Source of the DNA: Octopus sinensis
Lineage: Eukaryota
Assembly (NCBI RefSeq): GCF_006345805.1
Contig: NC_042998.1
Location: 11,532,001 to 11,596,000, forward strand
Direction of reading: 5' to 3'
DNA: 64,000 bases
Part shown: piece after piece, positions 25,781-37,925 of the stretch
How positions within the stretch are numbered: the stretch's first letter is position 1
Layout of the letters: the number at the start of each line of letters is the position of its first letter
The notes under the pieces: generated by a model
What the model saw: only the letters and a program-made list of their open reading frames with translations
What the model was told of the DNA's origin: nothing
Databases searched by the model: none
Made by a program: the position numbers and the translations under genes

Positions 25781-26324
25781 TCTATCTCCCACCCACCCAT
25801 GGTCATTCATGATCGAAAGGGTGTCCCTATATATATATAAAGTCATCATCTTCATAATTGTTTAACCCCTGACTTCCATGCATGTATGGGTACTTTTTGT
25901 AGAGTACATATTTATTTACAAGTGACAATGGCTTCGAAGTTTTGGCCTGCTAATCCTCAGAATGTTTATTTGATAGTCAAAGATCATAAACTTCCAATCC
26001 TAAGTAGTCTCTGAAGTATCTGATCATGGAGTAGATTTTTTTCTTTCTACTAAAGTAAAATGGACAGACTAACCAAAATGACACTTATAAAAACATTGTT
26101 TGACATTATTACTAATGCTCTCAATAAAGTGAGATAGTGGTTTCCATATATTGTTTACTAATAAATATGATATTAATTTGTTTTATTGTATGAAATAAAT
26201 AACCTAATAAAATACTACCTGAATTACTAAAACAAATTGTGTACTACTGTGTACTATTGTGTACTACTGATTTTGTGTAGAAGTTCATGCTGCCATAAAA
26301 ATTGCAAATACACTTGTGTTTATC

Positions 26325-26530
26325 TCATTCTGTGTGGTTAGGGAGCTTGCTTCCCAACTACATGGTTTCGGGTTCAGTCCCACTGCGTGGCACTTTGGGT
26401 AGGTGTCTTCCACTATAGCCCCGAGTCGACCGAAGCTTTGTGATTGAATTCGGTAGGCGGAAGTTACTGCCGTGTGTGTATGTGTGCGTATAGCTGCTCA
26501 GTGCCTCTCCGAAAGAGAGATAGAGAGGGA
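26325..26530 (+). mobile_element. SINE family 1 variant with a different 3' part (inverse copy at ~49405-49640)
   Basis: Both copies share GTTACTGCCGTGTGTGTATGTGTGCGTATAGCTGCTCAGTGCCTCTCCGAAAGAGAG. Confidence 0.75.
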
Positions 26531-27171
26531 ACTGTGGGGCTAAATACAACTTTGGTTGTACAATGACAAACTAAATTAAATTTCTGAACATTCCTGAAAT
26601 ATGAAGCTAAAGTTTGTTGTGGTTTTCGATTTCTTAAGAATTTCATTAAGTACTTAGGCTTCATTTAAACTCCTCTTTATGAGCTGATTTCGATTCTTGC
26701 CATGATTGATATTGCAGCACTCATCAACCAAAGAGTTTACATTAGCAGGAAATTGATAAAGGGCACCAGTTTTTCATCATCTCAACATCTTCGTCTTTCT
26801 CTTTTCTTTTGGCATTCTAGTGTTTTGCTAAATTTGTTAATTCTTCAGTAGAAAGGTGTTTTCCTTGTTTCCCCACCAACAGTCCATTTCAAGATGTTTC
26901 TTCTCAACCTGCATTCAATTCAGCTTCTGCTGACTGGGAAGCTTCTTGTATGACTGCAACTCTCCTTTGCTGCTCTAAATCTTTCAAAGTCATTTGACTT
27001 TGTTAAACCTTCCTTTCAAGCTACACGTAAGCAGTTTGTAGTTACCTTTTGTCAAGTGATATCAACAAGTAGATGACATTTAAAATGATAAATGAATGCT
27101 GATATCTTTTTCTGCAGTATCCTATGCGTCCTCTTTTGCAAGACAGTATGAGAATTTTCTGTTACCAGCCA

Positions 27172-27501
27172 CATCATAAGCGGAAAGTGTAACCTCTCGA
27201 AAGATCTGTTCTTCACTCCTGCTCCAGAGCGTCGGCTGCGGGGTCACTCTGAAAAGCTCTATCTGCGACGATTTCATCTCAATAGGAGAGGGGCTTTCTC
27301 CATCCGGGTTGCGGATCCGTGGAATAAGCTGCCGGACGAGATAGTGAAGATGCCAACGCCCGCTCGGTTCAAAGTCTCTCTTGACCAGAAATGGCCTGAA
27401 CTCTTTGCATGAACACCCTCCCTGTACATAACTCCATGTCCCCCTACATGGCCTTGCTTTTTGCTTTTTGAGCCAAAAAATTAACTTAACTTAACTTAAC
27501 T
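27172..27501 (+). mobile_element. CR1-like LINE 3' end with (TTAAC)n tail; same family as 23712-24042
   Basis: Near-identical reverse complement of the 23.7-24.0 kb copy; tail TTAACTTAACTTAACTTAAC. Confidence 0.9.
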
Positions 27502-28523
27502 TGGATGACCATATAAAAGCCACTTATTTTGGTTTTGTTGCTTATTTAGCACCAGGTCTGATAGTGCAGACCTATGAGCAAAACCATTTTAGCTGTAGTC
27601 ATCTGTATCTGTTCAAGCAATATGCATCCAGAACTGTAGTCTTTATTGTACTCCTCCATTTTAAGAGAGCCGGATGAGATTTCAGGGGATTTTGCTGCTA
27701 TATCTGACAAGTGAAATTAAAGCTTTCTCTTTGCTTTAGTTAGTTGATGTTTTCTGTGTTTGGATTTTTAGCTTCTGCATCATTTATTATTGATGGAATG
27801 ACAAAGCCTTATTTTGTCACTGTCACTGATAAATTCAGAGGGGAAGAAGAAGAAAAAAAAAACTTGAGCTAGAGCCACTGCAGTTGCTGGTCAAAAGGTC
27901 AACAAACAACTAGTGATGGTTCAGTGAGTTTGGGCAGTTGTAGCAGCAGCAGATTATTTTCTGAGTTTGTTGGGTATCAGTAAGTTCACCAAACATAAAT
28001 TTCCTGTTACCTTTGTTACTGACCTTCATTACATTCTGAGTTTTACATTTAGTGTATGATTGTCATTGTCATCATATGTCCAATTTTTCATGTTGATATA
28101 AATTCAATTTATGTCAGCATGGAAATAAATATAGATTCTTCAGTTTAAACTAACTGGTTGTAAATCTGGGGGTAGACCACAAATGATATGGTTGGATAAC
28201 AACCATGTTGGATAACAACTCATGTTTGGGAATTCTGCAAGAAAGTTTATTGATTGTTTCTGATGGGATACTGTGTAAGTTGGTGCCCGAGGAATCTACT
28301 GCTACAGTGCACACAAAATGGATAGATTTTATAGCCACATATCCTTTCTATTACCAACTGTTGTAGTTACCTCTTATATTATGCAGAAATGTGGTTCACC
28401 ACTTCTGAAACTAAGGTACACATGACTGCACAGCAGATGCATTAACCAAGCTGCACATTAAAGCTAAAATGTTAAAGACACTGGATTTATGTTATGTGTG
28501 ATGCTACATTAAAATGTGTTTAA

Positions 28524-28744
28524 CCCTTTAGTGCTTGCATTATTCTGCCAAAATTAATCCTTTTTTATCCACATTGCCTTGAACTAATCATGCATTATCT
28601 TGTGGCTATGAGATTTTCATGAGGTAGCTGTTAATTTTTAAAACGATATTGTGGGGCTGGTGTGAGAGACCAGATCTGGCCAGTTTGAACATAAAACAGG
28701 CAGAATATTTTTGGCTGGATATGGCTGGTTTAAATGCTAAAGAG
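28524..28744 (-). mobile_element. piggyBac-type MITE
   Basis: TTAA|CCCTTTAG...CTAAAGAG|TTAA; interior similar to 37683-37903 in reverse orientation. Confidence 0.75.
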
Positions 28745-30933
28745 TTAAAGATGTTTTCTACTTTCCTATATTTTAATGGATAATCTATATTTTTCAAATT
28801 GCTATAAAGTCAGACTTTTGTACAAGCTTATGGAAATCAAGGGAGAAACTTCAGTGTGGCACCTCTGTACATACATTGCAGGTTTATTTTCTAAAACGAT
28901 TCTGTCTTAATCTATAGGTGTAGGGGATAGCTAAATAAGAAAATTGCTTCCCAGCTATGTGATTTTGGGTTCAGTCCCACTACGTGGCACCTTAGGTAAT
29001 TCTCTTCTATAGTTCCTGGTTAACCAAAGCCTTGTGAATTGATTTTGTTGATGGAAACTGAAAGAAGCCTATTGTATGTGTGTGTATCTTTGTGGGGTTT
29101 TTTTGTTCTCTATCTGCTTGACAACCAGTGGATATTTTAAGTAATGTTTCTTTATTCTACTGGTCCTCACACATTTAAAAGCAATGAAGCCACTAAAACT
29201 ATTTTTGCTTATTAGAGAATGCAAACACACCATTCTTTTGTTCAGGAAGTGTTTATGAAGACTGATAGATACATGTGTGTGTGTGTGTGTGTGTGTACCT
29301 ATCTCTATCCATCTATCCTCACTTGCACATGCACAGCAGGCTTCCCCTGTTTCAGTCTGCCAATTCCACTTTCACAGTAGTGGTCAGCTTGGGGATATGT
29401 TAAAGGACACTTGACCAATGTATCACACAGTGGAAATGAACCTGAAACTTGTTGCAAAATAAACTTGGTAACCACTCATCTATCCCTGAGATTATTCCAT
29501 CTTTAACAGAGACAGTGTATCTGTGATGAGCTTTTGCAATGGTTACTACTGCACGGATTTGATCAGTGGTCTATGCAGTCATGGCAGAACTAGGGGTACA
29601 TAACATTTGCTTTTTCTATTTGCAAAAGTTTCCAAGAGTAATGTCAAATGACCTGAGTTTCTGAGAGAAATGAACCATAGCAGGTGGGTTGTTGTTTTTA
29701 GCCCAGGTCAACCCTGATCACAGACACTCTAGCTATGATGTTCATGTCTTTTATTCAAACAATTTTTAACTGTATTGTATAAAGTGTTTTTTTTTTTAAT
29801 TTTTAAAGACTGGTAGTGTTATTTTAGAGAAGAGTGGCTGCTGTTTCTAATTAGGCAACCAGCTGTGTAGAAGCTGTCTCTCTGTTTATATATAATTCTA
29901 GAAGCTGCATACCTTCTTTCTTAAGGGTTTTTTTGAATTTAGAAAGCACATTCTTCACTATGTCATTGCACCACATAAAACATTGAGCTGATGAAGGTGT
30001 CTCTGACAAATCTTACTAAAATCACACATTACTGTCTTGAAAATGTTGGTACATTGGATAGTGAAGTGTAGAGAACAGAAAAAAGAAAACAAAAAAACAA
30101 AAACAGGTTGGTTGTAGCTGGAAGTTCTTTGGCCTAAGATGTACTATTCTAGTGCCTACTTGGGAATAAACATCATTATCTCTAGGTGTTCATACTTTTT
30201 TTTTGTAGGTTCCTATTAGTATTATTCCTTCAGTGCTTGTGGCAGCAGCGTTTGTGTTTTAGTAATTTGATCTCTGTAACCTAAACAAAAGTAATTCCTC
30301 AGGTAACTGGCATGTGGTGATAGATGATTCTTTTTAGGTCTTTTGTTGGCTAAAAATGTCTTGTGAGTAAGTTATGTAATTCTCTAAATAAATATTCTTG
30401 CTGATTATGACAAAGTAGGTGAGTTAGCTAAATGAGTTTCTTTTTTTTCTCTACATACCTGTTAATTTCTCTCTTTCTCTTGTAGCTGTTATTTTTGTTT
30501 CTGTTTTGTTTATTAGTCATGATATCAATATTAAACCTTTATTAATGTAGCAAGTTGTTGGCCTCATTTCCTAGCCTTTCACTTCAACGCAGATTGAGTG
30601 GGCCCTTGATCAAAGGCACTCACATTAGTTAGAAACATTACCAGAAAGCCTTTATATGGAATTCCTTTAAAAGAAGAGACCAGCATAACTTTTTGTAGGA
30701 TCCTACAGGTAGATGCCAAGAAGTGTTGTGTTAACTTTGTTAATAAAGTAGTTTTAATGTATATTGACCCCTTTACCTATTTACTTTACTGTAGACTATG
30801 AATGTGTTTTAGTAATTTTCTCTACCTGGCCCACAGGATCTAGCTTATGCTTCAGTATGGCCCGATGAATCAAATGAGTTTGACATTCCTGATCTACATT
30901 TAGATGTCCTGTCTTTATTATTTTTATTTATTA

Positions 30934-31306
30934 CTCGCAGTATCGCCTGGCGTTGCTCAGGTTTGTAAGGGAAATAACTATATAAGCATTTTTAGAGATG
31001 TAAAGTATAATAGCCATCTCAATATGGCTAACCACAAAGGGGGGAGTGTTACTGTAGCTTTTTACGTTCTGAGATTTAATAATAAATTTTTTGAGAGCTA
31101 CTTCCCTTATATATGCCAAAAATGCATTAAAAATGGGAAAAATTGATGGTAATTTTTTTTTTAAATCATAGACTCACTGTAGGGCTCGATATGAATCATG
31201 ACTATAAGATACCCGGTTTTGGTTAAACTGCACCGCAAAATGTGGGAGCAATTAGGAATCTAAATAGTAGGAGACAGACACACAACTTGACTTTTATATA
31301 TAAAGA
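30934..31306 (-). mobile_element. Non-autonomous Helitron
   Basis: 5' TCTTTATATATAAAAG; 3' hairpin GAGCAACGCC.GG followed by a mutated CTAG; A|T insertion. Confidence 0.85.
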
Positions 31307-31731
31307 TTATATTTTTATTATATTGTTGTTTAATGCCAGGCTGGCTCTCAATTAGCAGGCCTATGATAAAATCTATTCTGGTTATGATCACCTCATCTTT
31401 CATTTTACACCCAGGATATCTATCTGGGTCTGCTTTATCAGTAGATAAGGGTGTTATTTTAGGGAAGGAAATTTGGTTACTATTTCTAGCAGGTCAGCTA
31501 ATAATGTAGAGACTTGAACATTTGTTCAGAATTTGTATTTGTGTTATGTAACTTTGTTACTTATATCCTGTTGTGCCGTGCTACATGATGCTTTATCCAT
31601 TTAGTATACATTCGGAAACCACGTATTTCTTATCTCCGTTCTCGTACACAATTTACTGGTTGTCTTCTCCCATTGTTTTCCGTAACAAAATGATTATATT
31701 GCTGTGAATTGGAAATGTTAATGTTGTATAT

Positions 31732-32033
31732 CACCGTGACCGACCAGGCTATCAGACGTTGCTACACATCGCTGGTCACAATGCGCTTTGCATTGTTTTA
31801 GCCTTCAAATGACGCCACCCCGCTGGCTAAGCGAGCAGGCCAAAAGAAGAAAGAGTGAGAGAAAGTTGTGGCGAAAGAGTACAGCAGGGATCGCTACCTC
31901 CCCCTCCCGGAGCTTCATGGAGCTTTAGGTGTTTTCGCTCAATAAACACTCACAACGCCCGGTCTGGGAATCGAAACCGCGATCCTACAACCGCGAGTCC
32001 GCTGCCCTAACCACTGGGCCATTGCGCCTCCAC
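31732..32033 (-). mobile_element. SINE family 3 variant with an alternative tail; 12-bp TSD AATGTTGTATAT
   Basis: TSD at 31720-31731 and 32034-32045. Confidence 0.9.
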
Positions 32034-32341
32034 AATGTTGTATATAACTATTGCAAAACATAGTTTCAGTTTTAGATAATCTTTTTAAAATGAGCATTGG
32101 TAACTTTTTAAGTAGGTATGGTTAAGAAGTTTGTTTTGCAACCACATGGTTTTGGGTTCTGTCCATCTGAGTGGCACCTTGGACAAGTGTCTTCTATGAT
32201 AGCCATAGGCTGACCAGTAATTTGCAAATGGATTTGGTAGACAAAATCAGTACAAGAGCTCATTCTATATTTGTTTCTCACTGGTTGATGACTGGTTTTG
32301 GTTTATGTCCATCTAACTTAGTTTGACAGAAAGAAATAAAG

Positions 32342-32670
32342 TACATCATCATCGTTTAACGTCTGTTTTCCATGCTAGCATGGGTTGGACGGTTCAACTG
32401 GGGGTCTGGGAAGCCAGAAGGCTGCGCCAGGCCCAGTCTGATCTGGCAATGTTTCTACAGCTGGATGCCCTTCCTAACGCCAACCACTCCGTGAGTGTAG
32501 TGGGTGCTTTTTACATGCCACCTGCACAGGTGCCAGACGAGGCTGGCAAACGGCCACGATCGGATGGTGCTTTTTACGTGCCACTGGCACGGAGGCCAGT
32601 CGGGGCGGCGCTGGCAATGGCCACGTTCGGATGGTTCTCTTACATGCCACCGGCACTGGTATCACAGCTA
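32342..32670 (-). mobile_element. RTE 3' UTR copy with 3 internal repeat cores (a degenerate SINE1 lies at ~32110-32320)
   Basis: Family motifs. Confidence 0.85.
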
Positions 32671-33529
32671 CAATTTCTATTGTACCAAATTTAAAAATAA
32701 ATATTGGGGTTGCTTTGATTAAGTAAACATTCAAAGATATTGCCCTAGCATGGCTGCAATCCAATGACTGAAACCAGTTAAAAAAAAAAAGGCAGGAAAT
32801 TTAGTCAGTGTAAGAGGGACAATGGTCATGACTCTTCAGGGCCATTAAAACTGAAAGGAGGAGTGGGGGAAGTTTTTCTCAAACTGGAAACCTGGCTTTA
32901 AAGCCTGCAACAAATTGAACTTTGTTAAAGACAACAAAAACCACAGTATCTTACAAATTTCAATCACAAGGCTTTGGTTGTCTTATTCTAGTTATTGATT
33001 AATGGGAGAAAACTTGATTGAACTTCTTAACTACACTGCCAAGCCTAAAATGGGAACTTTCAGTTGTATCTTATTATAGTTTTAATTTTGTACTTGACAT
33101 AAATGATAATCTAACTTGAAATCAGTGATTTATTATTATTTATTTTTAAAAAATTTTTTCTAAAACATTTTTATCAGTAGTGGTTGATTTTGTCTTAATG
33201 TGTAGTTGCCAGTGGATACTGGCTCTTGACAAAGCTCAGAGGTGGAAATGCACATATAGTAATGTCACCACTACTACTGGACAATTTTTTTCTTCTAATA
33301 TATTTGTGTTTTTTACCACTATATGTCTATGAAATGCTGTCTTGGGACAAATACTAGTTTATAAAGCTTTCAATGATGTATCTGCTTTAAGTATAATACA
33401 TAGATCGCTATTTCTGAGAGTTTCCTTTGCCAATGTCTGTTTTGCTTCCGATCTATCTTTCTTGCATATGTAGTAGTTTCTATATACTTTATAGCTGAAC
33501 AAAGCAACTGGTCTATGAAAAATTTTCAA

Positions 33530-33800
33530 GCGTCTATTCTTAAACTGTGCTTTTGAGACTTATTTTTCTGAACTCTTCCAACATTTTTTCCTGTAGAGAT
33601 AGCTACCTGAAATTGTAAAAATCTACAATGTATCACCTCTCCAAGGATAGTCTTCTTTGATTCTGTCTGTGCTGTGTGAGAACTTTGAAAACAGTGATTA
33701 CTTTTGATATCAACAAAAGCTTTGATTACATGACGTGAAAATCCTCAAGCTTCCTATTTTCATCAACTTTTGCTATGTTCATGGAACCTAAGCCTGCATT
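33530..33800 (+). pseudogene. Highly decayed LINE RT remnant
   Basis: Broken ILKLC...ELFQ and DI.KAFD-like motifs. Confidence 0.35.
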
Positions 33801-34567
33801 ATTCAATGTTATTTTCTAAGATGGTGAAAATTTACTTGAAAGTGATTTGACTGCTATATCAAGCATGTCAAGTAACCACATAACACTCTTCACTGGCTTC
33901 TAATTTGTTCATATAGGTTGCAGTGATAGAAAATATTTGTGATGAGCAGTCAAAAGTATTGATGATTGGCTTAGGTGAGTCGGATGAGTGAAAAGATTTG
34001 TTAGTGGTGGTGGTGGTGATAATGGAGTATAATGATGGTGTCTGTACTGATGATAGAGGGGATGATGGTGATGTTGAAATGGTGTCAGCTATAGTGATGA
34101 GGTTGGTGGAGGTCATGGTGAAGGTAATGGTGGACAGGGGATGGAGATGTTAGGGGTGAGAGGTAGTTATAGTGTAGGTGTCAGCCACAGATGATGTGGG
34201 TAAGTGGAGTGGGAGTTGGCAATTATTGTACATATGACAAAAGATGCTGTGAGATGAAGTGTCCAGTGATAAAGATGATGATAGGTTCTGATGTTGATGA
34301 TGGTAGTCATTTACAGACACTTATCTATTATAATAAAGCTTTAACAGAGAGGAAATGTCACAGCATTTCCCATTGTATCCCCTTTAATCAGAATATGGGC
34401 CACAGGGGCTAGCAAAGATGAGCCTTCACAGACCTCGTTTAGTATTTCCTAATTTAGCTCTCATGACAACCCCTGTTCCATCACATATGCACAAAGTGCA
34501 CACACACACACTTACTTAGATGTACACACACACACACATATGCATGCATGCCAGCCTATTCCAGAAA

Positions 34568-34963
34568 TCTTTATATATAAAAGTGAAGTTGTGTGTCTGT
34601 CTCCTACGATTTAGATTCCTAACTACTCCCACATTTTGCGGTGCAGTTTAACCCAAACCGGGTATCTTATAGTCGTGATTCATATCGAGCCCTTTTGGGT
34701 ATTAGCGCGCGTCTACGATGAGTCTACGATTTTAAAAAAGATTTACCATCATTTTTTCCCATTTTAATGCATTTTTTCGCTATTATATAAGGGAAGTAAC
34801 TCTCTAAAAAATGTCTACGATGAGTCAACGATTAAAAAAAAAATTTACCATTTTTTTTCCATTTTTAATGCATTTTTTTGCTATTTTTTGGCTATAACTC
34901 TCTAAAAATGCTTATATAGTTATTTCCCTTACAAACCCGAGCAACACTGGGCGATACTGCTAG
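34568..34963 (+). mobile_element. Non-autonomous Helitron
   Basis: A|TCTTTATATATAAAAG ... CCCGAGCAACACTGGGCGATACTGCTAG|T. Confidence 0.9.
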
Positions 34964-35720
34964 TTACATAAATAGAAACAATGTATTTAAATAAAGCCAC
35001 ATAATTATCATAGCTGTCTTTATGCATCAGTGATTTTATTCACACACAAAATAACTGAACAGTAAATAGATCAAATGATTGTGCATATTGCTGTTTTTGT
35101 TTTTTTTTTCTTTTTCCTCCTGGCCCTGTTGGTATGATGGTGAACAGGAATGATAAGGTTGTAGTTAATGTGATATTTCCTTTTGAATTGTTGCAAATTT
35201 ATGGCAGTTGGTGGTGGTAAATGGGTAACCAGTGTCAGAATTTTAGAGAGAGAGAGAGAGAGACCTGTATAGGGTTGCTTGTTTGTACTTCTGTGTTGTT
35301 ACTTTACTCAGAGGAGGACAGTGGCCCATGACTTTTGGAGGAAGCAAGGGGCTGATGGTGTATTGCAGTCGGAAGCAGTGCATCAAGGTATTGAGTTCCT
35401 TAGACCAGAGACATGATCTAAGAACCTGTAACAGAATGAACTCTGTTAAAGGTACTTGAAGACCAGATAGGGATGGTGAAGCCTCTAGCATTTGTCAGCT
35501 TTGATCAACTAGACCAGTGGTTCTCAATCATTTTTTTGCCTTTGGACCCCTTTGATTCCAATTTTACTTTATGGTCATTCACTGTATATATAAAAAAAAA
35601 TCTTGGTGTATTTTTATAATTAAATATTAAGAATTGTTTAAAAAATTGCCATATTTTGTGTATTGTTATATCCATTTTATTGTGTATAAATATAACCAAT
35701 TTATTGCACAAATTTTAACA

Positions 35721-35822
35721 GCTACGGCGATACATATTCTAAAATTAAAACGATACAGAGATAATTAGCATGGCCCCTTCATAAGGATGACACAGAAATT
35801 CGTGAAGCATTCCATATTTTTT
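35721..35822 (+). pseudogene. U6: U6 snRNA pseudogene, near full length
   Basis: ACGATACAGAGA..ATTAGCATGGCCCCT...AAGGATGACAC..AAATTCGTGAAGC.TTCCATATTTTTT; about 15 differences over ~100 nt versus the remembered vertebrate U6; ACAGAGA box intact. Confidence 0.92.
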
Positions 35823-35825
35823 CTA

Positions 35826-36247
35826 GGCATAGGAGTGGCTGTGTGGCAAGTAGCTTGCTTCCCAACCACATGGTTCCGGGTTCAGTCCCACTGTGTGGAA
35901 CCTTGGGCAAGTGTCTTCTACTATAGCCTCGGGCCGACCAAAGCCTTGTGAGTGGATTTGGTAGACGGAAACTGAAAGAAGCCCGTTGTGTATGTATATA
36001 TATGTATGTGTGTGTGTATGTGTGTGTGTGTGTGTGTGGTGTGTGTGTGTGTGTGTGTGTGTGTCTGTCCCCTCAACATTGCTTGACAACCGATGGTGGT
36101 GTGTTTACGTCCCCGTAACTTAGCGGTTCGGCAAAAGAGACCAATAGAATAAGTACTAGGCTTCCAAAGAATAAGTCCTGGGGTTGATTTGCTCGACTAA
36201 AGGTGGTGCTCCAGCATGGCCACAGTCAAATGACTGAAACAAGAGTA
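35826..36247 (+). mobile_element. SINE family 1, starting 3 nt after the U6 T-run
   Basis: Full head to tail. Confidence 0.9.
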
Positions 36248-36599
36248 ATCTGTTATGGACCCCTCCCCCCAGCCATATGGACCCTGGTTGAGAACCACTG
36301 AATTAGACTTATTTCAAGGTGTGGCTAAACTTGTCCAATGTACATTTTTTTTGTTTTCTGTGGTGGGAGGTGTTTGTTTTTGAGAGAGATTTAGGGATGT
36401 AGTTGATATTTCTAGCTAGTTGAAAAACTTCTGAGGAAGCCTCTAAGCTGCTACTATTACTTGAACAAGCCATCATAGGACTCTCTATGCAGTTGCATGA
36501 CTTGCTAGAAATACTTCCCAAATCCCTCTCAAATTGCATCCTATTGAATTTAGGAAAACTATAAAAACAGAATGATACATGAGATAATGGTTTTCTATA

Positions 36600-36987
36600 T
36601 CTCTCTCTATATAAACGGCAGTTTGTCTGTGCGTGTTTCTGTGTGTCTGTTTTCTCGTACCCTCACCCTGACCACGGCTTTCAACCGATTCTGATGAAAC
36701 TTGACACACACATAGCCCAATGTCATAATTCAAAACTAACGCAGCGAAAATTTTGAAAAGTTCCCCCAGTTCTGAAAAAAATCGATAAATTCGACATGGG
36801 GTCGAGAATAAAAAAAAACAAACCACAGACTGTCTAGGGGACGCAACTCAACCTTTTATTACTCTCAAAAAAAAAATTTACCATCATTTTTTTCCCATTT
36901 TTTGGCTATTTTTTGGCTATAACTCTCTAAAAATGCTTTATAGTTATTTCCCTTACAAACCTGAGCAACGCCGGGCGATACTGCTAG
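36600..36987 (+). mobile_element. Non-autonomous Helitron, second subfamily (different 5' half, same 3' end)
   Basis: A|TCTCTCTCTATATAAACGGCAG ... GAGCAACGCCGGGCGATACTGCTAG|T. Confidence 0.88.
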
Positions 36988-37424
36988 TATTCTCTATAAT
37001 GTAGGGTGGTCACAGCTGGAATGCCTTTGGCAGCTTCTGCTCATTAAAGCTTGGCCACAGGCTCAATAATATGTTTAGGATTTAGTTGATTTGGTACTGT
37101 GGTCAGAGACACTTGAGCCCCAAGCTGCAATGTAAATTTCTTCACCACACAGCCATATCTGCACCCACATCACTTGGCTAGACAAAGTACGAAATGTCTT
37201 ATTAGGCCTCTGGATGGTAGCTTATACATAAGCATTTAGATTTTTCTTTCCGTATCCTTCTGATGTGGTTTGAGGATACCGTCCTTCCCCCAATCTCTTC
37301 CAATTTCAGAAGCACTGGAAAGAGTATGGATACTGCTTCACTTCCCTTCCCTCCCCTTCCCAATTAAGCAATTAAAAATATAAAAGCAAACTCGCGCAAT
37401 TTCAGGAAGATTTAATTTTTAAGA

Positions 37425-37925
37425 GGTTGCCAGCCTCGTCTGGCCCCCGTGCCGGTGGCACATAAAAAGCACCATCCGATCGTGGCCGTTTGCTAGCCTT
37501 GTCTGGCACCTGTGCAGGTGGCATGTAAAAAGCACCCACTACACTCACGGAGTGGTTGGCGTTACGAAGGGCAACCAACTGTAGAAACACTGCCAGATCA
37601 GACTGGGCCTGGCGCAGCCTACTGGCTTCCCAGAGCCCAGTTGAACTGTCCAACCCATGCTAGCATGGAAAACGGACGTTAACCCTTTAGCATTCAAACC
37701 GGCCATATCCGGCCAAAATATTTAACCTGTTTTATATTGAAACTGACTAGAGCTCGCCTCTCACCTCAGCCCTTCCATGTCATTCTAAAACTAAAAAAAT
37801 CAGAACACTGCAATCTCTAAACTACAAGAAAATACAGGATTAATTCAAACCATTTTAAATAAACAAACATCACATTTGACATAATAATCTGAACACTAAA
37901 GGGTTAAATGATGATGATGATGAGA
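37425..37925 (+). mobile_element. RTE 3' UTR copy interrupted at its TTAA by a piggyBac-type MITE (37683-37903)
   Basis: GGACG-TTAA|CCCTTTAG...CTAAAGGG|TTAA-ATGATGATG. Confidence 0.9.

Larger units (their letters stand above)
35515..36300 (+). mobile_element. hAT (Charlie-type) MITE containing a U6 copy and a SINE
   Basis: TIRs CAGTGGTTCTCAA / TTGAGAACCACTG; 8-bp TSD AACTAGAC (35507-35514) / AATTAGAC (36301-36308). Confidence 0.9.

Noticed and set aside
26760-27010. Possible Tigger-like transposase C-terminal remnant on the - strand (HLSTEELTNL)
   Set aside because: Too short and interrupted by stops to support a call.
30838-30915. Possible exon after CCCACAG encoding DLAYASVWPDESNEFDIPDLHLD
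   Set aside because: No donor before the Helitron and no recognisable homology.
35721-35822. Functional U6 gene
   Set aside because: About 15% divergence, including changes in normally invariant positions and a missing or altered 5' end; called a pseudogene.
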